Source: Leucoraja ocellata
Taxonomy: Eukaryota
Reading direction: 5' to 3'
DNA: 64,000 bases
Assembly (NCBI GenBank): GCA_036785375.1
Contig: JAWMAR010001507.1
Coordinates: 186,001 to 250,000 of the forward strand
Shown here piece after piece: positions 52,846-63,421 of this stretch. The notes under the pieces are model-generated. The model had not been told where the DNA came from and did not search any database. It was given only the letters and a program-made list of their open reading frames with translations. Position numbers and translations under genes: made by a program. Each line of letters starts with the position of its first letter. Positions within the stretch are counted from its first letter, which is position 1.

Positions 52846-52966
52846 TCACTGTGTCTGGTAACCTGCCATTCCAAAGCCAGCCTGATTAGGTATAACAGCA
52901 GTACCCTGTCCTTGGGGTGGCTGAGCACCAAATCCACCTACCCAGGCAGTTGTAGATGGAGGCTGG
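52846..52966 (-). CDS. TIAL1: TIAL1 last coding exon ((D)QPPSTTAWVGGFGAQPPQGQGTAVIPNQAGFGMAGYQTQ*)
   Basis: 121 nt including TGA at 52846-52848; ttgcag| acceptor; AWxGGFGAQPPQGQ and YQTQ* identify TIAR rather than TIA1. Confidence 0.96.
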
Positions 52967-53134
52967 CTGCAAAGAAAGAAAATATATGTGGTTATTTTTG
53001 CAATTTAAAATAAAAACATCCAAAAAAGTGCACGAATTGTATAATTATTAAAACACCTCAAGATGACCGGTTAGGGTGTTGGGTAAACATACCAAACTAA
53101 TTTTCTCACAAAACCCACAAGATAACATATCCAG

Positions 53135-53430
53135 CTCTTGCCGAGTAGAGACCTGTTGGGCTGGTGTCGGAGCCTCTAGGTCGAGTCGGGCCATGGACGG
53201 GTCAGGACAGTGCCTCGAGGAGGTCTTGGGCTGGGACAGAGCCTCAGGAGTAGTAGGGCTGAGGACGCCGTCAGGCCAAAGTGGACGGGTCGTGCCGCAG
53301 AGAACCGCGGGACTCAGATGGGATGAATAACTTTGTCGGCGCCTTTGTGGCGACTCTTGTGTACTTGTGTGCAAAAACTAATAATTTCATGGTGCCTAAT
53401 GAGGTACGTGACAAAGTGACATCATCATCA
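53135..53430 (+). mobile_element. CpG-rich short retroelement 3' fragment in the last TIAL1 intron
   Basis: GC-rich body ending aatttca...tacgtgacaaag plus (cat)n tail, like the 4262-4620 type. Confidence 0.5.
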
Positions 53431-53503
53431 ATTTTATATGCCTAGTTCTCCACAAATGCAAAAATGTTAATTGACCTTAAACTTTGTTCAGTACATTACT
53501 TAC

Positions 53504-53646
53504 TCTACTCCAAATCCTTGTTGATTCCATGTTTGGCCATACATTCCATAAGGGGGCACTTGCCAACCATTGGCTACATACTGGCCATATTGCTGGGCAT
53601 TGCCATACCACTGGCCCCACTGACCCCAGGGCTGAGCAAATTCCAT
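53504..53646 (-). CDS. TIAL1: TIAL1 exon, Q/G/Y-rich low-complexity domain ([47 protein letters not shown])
   Basis: 143 nt, phase 0/2; ttcag| acceptor, |gtaagt donor. Confidence 0.96.
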
Positions 53647-53748
53647 CTGAATAAAAACAATAATTGTACTAGATATTAGAGCTTATGCTCACCATTAAAA
53701 GTCAGAGGTTCTCCTTGGTTGCAAAAGATATCCCACACATCACATTAC

Positions 53749-53872
53749 CTGTTGATACTTGTTGGTAGTATCAGTAGTTTCTTTACCCCAATAGCATTTA
53801 ACTACGTGGCCTTCAATAGTAGTTCCATTGACCGACACAATAGCATGAGCAGCACTATCATGTGTGCCAAAC
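53749..53872 (-). CDS. TIAL1: TIAL1 exon, RRM3 C-terminal half ([41 protein letters not shown])
   Basis: 124 nt, phase 2/0; ttgtag| acceptor, CAG|gtaat donor. Confidence 0.97.
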
Positions 53873-54159
53873 CTACAACAACAAAAATATTAGTTATATA
53901 TGTGCCTGAATAAACATATATATATGCTCGAACCTCTGACAATCTAGGAGCTTACAAAATCTGCAAGATTTAGCTGACAGGAATGTAGAACTCGTGTTGG
54001 AAAATGGCCATTCTGGCTGTTCTACACCAGCCAGACTGCATAAAACCATTAATTCAATGATGTGCAAGATAATGGGAATGTTCAACCCAACCAAACTTGA
54101 TACGTGGCTCCTACCGAGTCACATGGCACATAAACCCCAGGTTTATGTGCCAAGTTACC

Positions 54160-54961
54160 TCTGGAAACTTTTGCTGCTGTTTATCAACATGAGGACCAAA
54201 GTTGTGCCAATGAAAGTCAAAGAAGGCATTATGAGACTGAGAAACAAGCATAAAACTGTTAGGCTTAACAAAATCAACTGTTTGGAACATCATTAAGAAG
54301 AAAGTGAGCTTACTAATCGCAAAGTGACTGGCAGGCCAAGGAAGACGTCCACAGCTGATGGCAGAAGAATTCTTTCTATAATAAAGAAAAATCCCCAAAC
54401 ACCTGTCCAACAGATCAGAAACACTTTTCAGGAGTCAGGTGTGGATTTGGCAATGACCACTGTCCACAGAAGAGTTCATGAACAGAAATACCGAGGCTAC
54501 ACTGCAAGATGCAAACCACTGGTTAGCTGCAAAAGTAGGATGGCCAGGTTACAATTTGCCAAGAAGCACTTAAAAGAGCAACAACAGATCTGGAAAAAGG
54601 TCTTGTGAACAGATGAGATGAAGATTAACTTGTATCAGAGTGATGGCAAGAGCAAAGTATGGAGGAGAGATGGAACTGCCCAAGATCCAAAGCATACCAC
54701 CTCATCTGTGAAACACGGTGGTGGGGGTGTTATGGCCTAGGCATGTATGGCGCTGAAGGTACTGGCTCATTTATCTTCATTGATGGTACAACTGCTGATG
54801 GTAGTAGCATGATGAATTCTGAAGCGCAGAGACACATCCTATTTGCTCAAGTTCAAACAAATTCCTCAAAACTCATTGGCCTGCGGTTCATTCTACAGCA
54901 AGACAATGATCCCAAACATACTGCTAAAGCACCAAGGGAGTTTTTCAAAGCTAAAAAATAG
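54160..54961 (+). mobile_element. Tc1-family transposase pseudogene fragment, antisense within a TIAL1 intron
   Basis: GRPRK AT-hook, second HTH, KVL*TDE, VKHGGGGVM and LQQDNDPKHT motifs; stops at 54606-54608 and about 54738, frameshifts, truncated before the catalytic E; TIRs not recognised. Confidence 0.92.
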
Positions 54962-55284
54962 GTGCAGGAGTAGGCCATTCGATAGCCATGGCCATTACTG
55001 ATCCTTTACTGAAGAGAATGCAGTCTGAAGGAAAAAGTCCTAAAATTATGTGGTCTGAATTGGAAACTTAAAAAAAATAGCAACAATGCAAACTAACATT
55101 TTTCCAAAATGCGTGGTCAATCAAGATATAACTGGAGATAATGTTGTGACTTATTGATAAGGATTGAAAAGGGAAAAAAATATTAACTAGCAGCAATGAA
55201 AAAAATGCAGGTTTTACAACCTGCTTAAACACATTAAACAATGTTTTAACTTAGCTATAATTTAGATAAAACAAACGAAGCCTA

Positions 55285-55404
<120 letters not shown>

Positions 55405-55468
55405 TTAATATCTACATATTTTAGAAGACGGGTCTGGTTGCCAAATATTTATTCAACATGGTCCATAC

Positions 55469-55564
55469 CTGTTAGACCTGATGATATACCTCCACAGTAA
55501 ACCGTACAATTTGAAGGACTGGATTGACCAACTACTTCTTCAAATCTTAGTTGCTTAGAACCAT
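55469..55564 (-). CDS. TIAL1: TIAL1 exon ((N)[31 protein letters not shown])
   Basis: 96 nt, phase 1/1; ttttag| acceptor, CAG|gtatgg donor. Confidence 0.97.
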
Positions 55565-56402
55565 CTAAAAGAAAAGAAAAAAATGTGGCCATATATTAGA
55601 AGCAATAACAAGGAACTAATATGAACCATAATTAATGTGGCTTATTTACAAATTGTTCTGACCACTGATCAGAAATTCAACTACACTAATGCTGCGACTA
55701 CAAGATCAAACCAGAGGCTGGGCATCTTGCATCAAGTTACTCTACATAATACCCAAAGCCCTCCCAGCATTTATAATGAGTGTGCTGTGCAGTTTGACTA
55801 TAAAACACCAGGCAAGAGCAAAGCCAAAACAGTGAAATGGAAAATTCAAATAATACAATAGTCTACAATGTTCCCATCTGTTGCTCAATTAATTGTGGTG
55901 ATTCTTTCCACAATGTGTTCAATGTGCTATCTCTCAGTCACTTAAAAGTGGTGATATTATCTCGACATCAATGAAAAACAGCCCTGCAACTTCCTCTTGC
56001 TTTGCCCCAAATTCTTGCATTCAATTTGTACGTTGATGTCCACAGAGGCCGTTTTCTTCCACCCATGAGAAACCAGCTTACAATACCAAGCACTGTTTTA
56101 ATATTATAAAAAAAACTCAGTCTGTTTGTTTCATGATAACAGACAGCATCATTGCGAATCAGCATTGCATCTTCCTTAAATATGGTGCCACATTTTTTGC
56201 CCACATCGTAAACTTATTTTTCCACTTTCACCATGCGTTACTACAGTTTGACCATGTCCTTAAAAAAACACGCCAGCCTTCTCTGACCATACCATCACTG
56301 TCTTAAATCCACGCTGCTTGCTGCCCGTCTCTCAACATTTCATAATTTCTTCTAAAGATTTGTAAATGTCCTTTACCTTCACACAGGACAATGTGAAAGG
56401 TG

Positions 56403-56755
56403 ATTAGTGAAAGGCCTGGATAGAGTGGATGTGGAGAGTATGTTTCCACTGGTGGGAGAGTCTAGGACCCGAGGTCATAGCCTCAGAATTAAAGGATGTT
56501 CCTTTAGGAAGGAGATGGAGGAATTTCTTTAGTCAGAGGGTGGTGAATCTATGGAATTCATTGTCACAGAAGGCTGTGAAAGCCAAGTCAATGGATATTT
56601 TTTACAGCAGGAATAAGTAGGTTCTTGATTAGTATGGGTGGCAGGGGTTATGGGGAGAAGGCAGGAGAATGCGGTTCAGAGGGAAAGATAGATCATCCAT
56701 GATTAAATGGCAGAGTAGACTTGATGGGCTGAATGGCCTAATTCTGCTCCTATCA
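56403..56755 (+). mobile_element. CR1-type LINE 3' fragment
   Basis: NFFSQRVVNLWNSL and family 3' UTR. Confidence 0.85.
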
Positions 56756-57060
56756 CACGAATTTACATAACTACATAACCGTTTTTTAGAAGATAGGTAT
56801 TCAAATGACCACTATATTCTTTGGGCATTCTAAAAATGATCTGAACTGGATATTTCATAACTGTACACTAAATGTGAGAGTTTTGTGAAAATGGTTGCAA
56901 ATAGTTAACAAATGGTAAAATAAAATAATTAAAATTAGCTGCCTGCAAATTCATTATTTCTATTGTTTTGAGAGTTTATTTTATGGAAAAACACCTCAGT
57001 TTAATATAAAATTCTGCTTAATTTAAAAGCTATTCACATAATATAGATTGAGAAACCTAC

Positions 57061-57169
57061 TCTCTGGTGCACTTTTCGGAGCTGGTGGTTTACGTGTTGC
57101 CCAGTTTGTTCGAATTTGCCGGCCTCCCAGCCACTGTCCTCCCATGTGGACGATCGCATTTTCTGCATC
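57061..57169 (-). CDS. TIAL1: TIAL1 exon, RRM2 C-terminus ([36 protein letters not shown])
   Basis: 109 nt, phase 0/1; ttcacag| acceptor, |gtaggt donor; AIVHMGG is TIAR-type. Confidence 0.97.
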
Positions 57170-57694
57170 CTGTGAAGGGTAAAAAAAAGTTGTGATATTT
57201 AAATTAAACTCGATGCCATTAAATAATTATTTAATAGTCACTAAGCTCAATAATGCAGGAGACAATACATCAGTGCAAAGTCGTCAAAATCTTAAAGTGA
57301 TGGGGGCGTGGGTGACTAGATTAACATATGGCACTGCTCCAGTTGCTGAAGTCAGGTAGGACAGTTGCTGCCATTACCCTCAATCATGCAATGCCTTTCA
57401 AACATCAGACCAAATTACATCACATATCAGTCCAAGCTTGTTCTGAATGACACAGATGCCACATTAGCTTTGCAGTGACCCCAATTAAGCAAGTTTAAGA
57501 TAAGGACTAGTCATCTCTGACATTTAGCTTTCTGGAGTTTAATTTCAATCGCAGGCTATCAAGGCTACATTAAAAGTGTAAGAACTCCATATTAGCTATA
57601 TTTGATCCGATGCTATGCAATGCAATAAATGGCCCGTTTCTCAGTTCTCCATCTCCTGTGCTACAACAAGGTTTTTCACACATTTGCCTCTTTC

Positions 57695-57938
57695 TTTTAC
57701 ACAGAGAGTGGTGAATCTGTGAAATTCTCTGCCACAGAAGGTAGTTGAGGCCAGTTCATTGGCTATATTTAAGAGGGAGTTAGATGTGGCCCTTGTGGCT
57801 AAAGGGATCAGGGGGTATGGAAAGAAGGCAGGGATGGGATACCGAGTTGGATGATCAGCCATGATAATTTGGAATGGCGGTGCAGGCTCGAAGGGCCGAA
57901 TGGCCTACTCCTGCAACTATTTTCTATGTTTCTATGTT
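57695..57938 (+). mobile_element. Young CR1/HER1-type LINE 3' end
   Basis: acacagagagtggtgaatctgtg...ggctcgaagggccgaatggcctactcctgc with (ttctatgt)n tail. Confidence 0.88.
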
Positions 57939-57944
57939 TTATCT

Positions 57945-58260
57945 TCTCAGACCCATTGCTTTCCATCTATTGACAGAGCCCTTGACCACATCTCATCTAT
58001 TCTGCCACACCTGTGCTCTATCTACCGTTTGGACAGATCTTCTCTGATCCTCACCATCCACCCTAACAGTCTCCACGGTCAATTTCACAATTTCCATATC
58101 TTTAACAGAACTCCACACCAGCTACATTTTCACCTTTGCTATCAACTTATTAAGGAAACTACTCCATTTGCGGTTTCCAGGTATGTTCTTATGTGCCCAA
58201 CACTTACATCTGGCGGGGCCCTTCTACACTCATCCCTGAATTTCTGCTGCTGATCAACAA
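57945..58260 (+). mobile_element. Decayed Penelope-like ORF fragment
   Basis: IDRALDHISSI...DRSSLILTIHPNSL resembles the PLE RT-thumb/linker region. Confidence 0.5.
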
Positions 58261-59329
58261 TGCTTAATGTATGCCTCGTTTTGAAGGGCTATATTAGTTT
58301 TTACAGGGTTTGTACACATGGAACAGCTATAAATTCAAGGACTTTTCAATGACTTTCTAGGTCCAAAAATTCAATTTTCAAGGACTAAAGTCCAGCAAAC
58401 ATTGATGGTTTAAACTCGATGCCATTAAATAATTATTTAATAGTCACTAAGCTACCATACAATTAAATCAGAAAAATAACCACGTTCAGTGATGAGTGTA
58501 GAAGGGCCTGCCAGATGCAACATTAAGCATACCTTGAAAGATATGGTGCCAATATAGTGATGGTTCAACAAACAACTACAACATGCAATAAAACTCAACA
58601 ATCCTACAACCAATAGATCTGATAAAAGCTTTGCAGTCCTGCCACATTTTGTCATAAATCACTGCAGACAATAGTGACGAGGAACCTCAGCAATGCAAGT
58701 GACTATTTGAGTGCTAAAGAGTCTCTGACTTAATTAACCAGGGTTCTTTGGATCCTACAATCAAGACAACATCCTTATGATAGTCTTGCTACTGGTGAGG
58801 ATATTGGTGCTGACTGCATAATGCTCAATTATATTTGCAATTTCCCACTACATAGAATAAAGTTAACAGGTTAGCATGGCCTAATCAGGAGCAATTAATA
58901 TTTGCTTAACAAAAATGCCAAGCAAAGACCATACCAAATACGAAAACGTAGCCAGCTTTGCTTGAGATTTAGTGGCATAATCATAAGGCACACCAGCATA
59001 TACACCCTGGAGAGAATACCGGATCAGAATGGAACTCAATGGAAACAGCCACATAAATATTATGGCTCCTACAAGTAAATCACCAGCCGACCCAAAAACC
59101 TATTTCTACCATTTAACAGGCACAAATGCAATTCCAGCAGGTGCAACACAAGAAGATTGATCCCTTTGAGACCAAAATATTCCACTTGATCAACATCAGA
59201 TTCACCACCCTAAACATTCACGCCCTTCATCACTGCGGCGGCAACGTATAACATCTGTAAAATCCATTCTAGTTACTCATGTATCCTAGTCCAATGAGCC
59301 CACCTGTGATGCATTTGGACAAAAAACAT

Positions 59330-59810
59330 CCTACCCTGATGCATTACAACTTCGAAAGGCAATTGTTCTGTTCAAGACTGCAAGAAATTGCAGAGTTGTG
59401 AACACAGCCTTCATCACAAAATAACCCCTCCTCCCCTAATCACCCCCACCTATACTTCATTTTGTAGCAGGAAAGCAGTCAACACGAGGAACATCCACTC
59501 CGCTCATTATCTCTTCTCCCTTATCCCATCAGGCAGAAGATATAAACGGATTAAAGCACATAGCAAATTCAAGAATCAACTTCTTTGCTCCTGTTATAAG
59601 GCTGCTGAGTGTGCCTCATAGGCTTGGGATGAATACATGCTCTTTCAATCTACTTTGTTGTGGTCCTTGCACTTTTTATTGCACTCTCTGTAGCTGTAAA
59701 ACTATATTCTACACGCTATTTATTTTCTCTTTTGCACTTGTGTGGTATGATTTGCCTGGATAACACAAATATTTTTTTCACTGTACCTCAATACAATTAA
59801 TAAACCATTA
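59330..59810 (+). mobile_element. Rex1/Babar-type LINE 3' fragment, old
   Basis: HYLFSLIPSGRRYKRIKAH motif and tttttcactgtacctc..caattaataaa end. Confidence 0.7.
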
Positions 59811-60079
59811 TTTTCAACACTTGCGACCATGAGTACTAGAGCAGCAAATACATGGAAATACCACCTGCATGTACCCCAAATAAAACATTAAGACTGCCTT
59901 GAAAATATTGTTGTTCCAAGTGCTGCATTAAACCTTGTATCAAATAACAGTGTAACAGTACCTTCAGCAGAGGGAGCAGAACATGAGTGGCCAACTACCA
60001 TCTTGAAAGTTTGGAGTGAGCAACATAGGCCTTGTCAAAAGTGTCGCCATTTTGAAAAATTGCTAAATAGAAATCAATG

Positions 60080-60600
60080 GAAATACAAGAGACTGCAGAT
60101 GTTGGAATCTGGAGGATTAATATTCTTTTGGGAAAACTCAGCAAATTAGACGGGGGGGGGGGGGGCAAAAAGAAGAGCACGTTTGAAGGACAGATGGGAG
60201 AGTAGGTTACTTAAATTGGGAGAATTCAATATGAATGCTGTCAGGCTATAGACTAATGGGTGGAATACAAGTTACTAGTCCTCTAGTTCGCTATTAGCCT
60301 CACCCTGACAGTGGAGAAGGCAGGATAGACAGCTCAGCATGGGAATGGAAAAGGATTGAAAATGGGTTGCAAAATAGAGCTCTAGATGGCCATTACAAAC
60401 AAAGTGCCGGTATCAGCAAAGTGGTCACCAAGTTTACACTTGGTCTCACCAGTCCATAGATAGCACTTCATGGAATAGCAAAGTTGGAGAAGGTATGAGG
60501 GGATATTTGCCTCACTAGCCAAAGGCTGTTTAGGCTCCTGGATGGTGGTGGGGGAGGCTGTTTAGGCTCCTGGGTGGTGGTGAGGTGTAGGGACTGGTTT
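60080..60600 (-). mobile_element. Penelope-like element remnant (GIY-YIG endonuclease region plus pLTR)
   Basis: Minus strand near 60410-60460 reads TGETKCKLGDHFA (YIGETxR...RFxEH-like); 60080-60150 matches the pLTR arm. Confidence 0.65.
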
Positions 60601-60979
60601 TACACCACCTATAAATAAAAATCACCATAAATTAAAATATTACAAGCCAATGTATGAAGTAGGGATTAATTGTGATTAATTATTCCATACTGCTAAATTT
60701 ATGCTTTAGAGGATGGACATATTCAATAGCTTGATTTCATAATTATCTGTTTTGGATATGGGACGAGAACCTCGAAGCTTCTGCTTTTTTCGAGTTTGAA
60801 TGCTGTGAAACAATGTATTTGATACTTTACAACGAGTCAGGCCTACAAAATGATTGATTCACAGACTAAATCCTATTACTGCAACGTAGTAAGGAAACAT
60901 TCATTCGTAATACAAAGAAACATCAGAAAAGATAGCAAAGTAGAGGTTTATGAAGGGAAGGTGTAGAAACAAATAAGTT

Positions 60980-61245
60980 TACGGTGAAGGGGAAATGTTT
61001 TTAACAGGAATCTAAGGGGTAACCTTTTCACACAAAGGGTGGTGGGTGTACAGAACAAGCTGCCACAGGAGGTAGTTGAGGCTGGGACTATCACAACGTT
61101 ATAACAGAACAGTTAGCCAGGTACATGGATAGGACAGGTTTGGAGGGATATGGACCAAACGCAGGCTGGTGGGCCTAGTGTAGCGGGACATGTTAGCCAG
61201 TGTGCGCAAGTTGGGCCAATTTACATACTGTATAATTCTATGACT
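60980..61245 (+). mobile_element. CR1-type LINE 3' end
   Basis: Same subfamily as 9716-9960. Confidence 0.82.
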
Positions 61246-61491
61246 GACTAAATAGCTTAATTCTAGACAATGCACCACCTAAAACTAGACAATTCCTGCT
61301 TGAAAGAAAGGTTGGGACAGAATGGGTTTAATCCAGATATGTGATGAAATGGGAGGAAGTCATTGAATGCATAACATAATTGCCTATAATTTTTGGTCTA
61401 TTTCCAGTGAAGACTGCATGCTTAAAACTTGAGCGAACCTGTATCAAAATGTGGTTTAATTACATTCAATTTATTTCTTGCAAGAACTTAC

Positions 61492-61567
61492 CAGTTTACT
61501 GTAGAATGACACAAATCCATAGCCTTTGGATTTACCCGTTGCCAGATCTTTTACAACGCGAGCATCC
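61492..61567 (-). CDS. TIAL1: TIAL1 exon, RRM2 RNP1 ([25 protein letters not shown]); upstream coding exons lie beyond the window
   Basis: 76 nt, phase 2/0; tttcacag| acceptor, CTG|gtaagt donor. Confidence 0.97.
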
Positions 61568-62017
61568 CTGTGAAAATAGATACAAGTTAATGAGTAAAAT
61601 AGGTAAAACACCCTTGAACAAAATAAAAAGGAACCACACACTGTATTGTCAGCACGTCTTTTTTGAAACAAAAAGGGATTATTATAATCCCACCATAACA
61701 TAATTAATTGTTCTATCCTTTTGTTATAACTTAACTTTCCATGTAGCAATAAATAGCAAACATGCAAACTCTGGTATCCTGAGCTTGGTTTCACCTATTA
61801 TATTGAACTGGAAACCATGAACTCAATAGTTTTTAAAAACACAGACCTTCACTGCCACTAAACTGAGAAAGTCTTCAGTACAAATACAAGTTTCCAATTT
61901 TCCTTAACCATGCATTTCTATATAGACCCTTTAAAATGCGTGTTCTACCTAGCCACACAGATAATTGAAATATAAAAATTCAGAAAAGAGAAAAAAAATA
62001 GGAATTAAAAGGCATAC

Positions 62018-62090
62018 ATCGCCTGTTAACTGAATTCTTTATTTTTCGTGGTATGGTCAATTCTCTACCCTCTTTTTGGACTGTGGGCAG
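62018..62090 (-). other. TIAL1: Putative TIAL1 poison cassette exon (6B-like)
   Basis: ttacag| acceptor, GAT|gtatgc donor followed by a U-rich tract; in-frame TGA after CPQSKKRVEN. Confidence 0.7.
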
Positions 62091-62316
62091 CTGTAAATTT
62101 TGAAAAATTGAGACTTTCAGAAATTTAGAAAATGAATATGAAACTAAAACAATACTAAGCACACCAGTACGAACAACATTTACATAGGATTCGTAAGCAC
62201 GTCAATAGGATTGGGAATACGAAATTCGCACTATATAGAGCACATTAAAATGTTAACAATCAAGTCTAATAAATTTATAAAAAAGAGAATAAATAGAAAT
62301 GAGAAAAAAAAACTAC

Positions 62317-62394
62317 AACTGAGTTAATGAACTTCCAGTGTGCACAGTTCCTTGCAGTTAGCCATGGGGATCCTGTCCATTCTTAACAGCAATT
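62317..62394 (-). other. TIAL1: Putative TIAL1 poison cassette exon (6A-like)
   Basis: ttttacag| acceptor; reads IAVKNGQDPHG* (TAA at 62358-62360); weak donor GTT|gtagtt followed by a long U tract. Confidence 0.78.
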
Positions 62395-63259
62395 CTGTAA
62401 AATAACCAGAATGCTATTACTTTTAATTATGACTTGGAACTACAAAAAATCTGCACATTACTCCAGTATTTTCTGTAGCCGGTGTACAAGCAGTCTTACA
62501 ATTGTTCTTCTGTTGAAATTTAAACGAACTTATTTACTAGTATTTAGATAAATGAGGTAGATGAGAAGTACAAAAGCAATACATGCTGGACCAAAGCCAT
62601 TGCAATGCAAATAGCCAACAGTGACGTAAAGGGTACTCAATAAGAGTGCAGGCATAAGTGCAAACAAGCAGAGTATTTCAAGAAAAGTATTAATCGATGG
62701 CTTTAAATATATTTTACAATGTAACAGGTACTGAGCCTCATTTTAATAATTAAGGAGCCAGGAAACAGCAAGCATAAAAGGATGATGCAATGGCCCTGGC
62801 ATGCACTTGGAAATATTTCTGAAGTCTGCCAGCAGCATCTATTGGTAGGAAACCGATACTACATGTTAACATATTGCCCAATTACAAATGCCTGCTGCTT
62901 TAGCTTTAGCTATTGGTGCATGATGGGGAAAAATGGCATTCACATCATAAAACAGTGAGTTTTTTTAATAGCTATTTGTTGTGATGAAGATACAATTTGT
63001 TGCCAAATCAGCACAAATTGCTGGAAAAACCTACGTCCAATTGGCATCAAAGGTGAGATCTCGCCGTCAACCTCCCCATGCATATAAAGCAAGTTGTTGG
63101 ACTTGTTTCCTAGAAATTAGGACTATGTTAAAGGGGCAACTAGTGCTACTCAACTACAGAGGAATAGAAAGGGATCAAAACCAATGGCCCATCTTATTAG
63201 TTACTTCATTCTACAATATTTTTCCTCAACTACCTTCCTATCAAATCTAATTCTTAAAT

Positions 63260-63421
63260 TTTTAAGAAGGAACTGCAGATACTGGAAAAATCAAGACATA
63301 AAATGCTGGAGAAACTCAGTGGGTGAGGCAGCATCTATGGAGAAAAGGGGTCTGAAGGGGTCCTTTTCTCCATAGATGCTGCCTCACCCGCTGAGTTTCT
63401 CCAGCATTTTTTGTCTACTTT
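63260..63421. mobile_element. PLE-derived foldback element
   Basis: Near-perfect inverted arms; exact 12-bp flanking duplication TAATTCTTAAAT at 63248-63259 and 63422-63433. Confidence 0.75.

Noticed and set aside
61471-61794. 107-aa ORF extending the TIAL1 RRM2 exon upstream
   Set aside because: Similarity starts exactly at the AG acceptor (61567); the extension is intron read-through.
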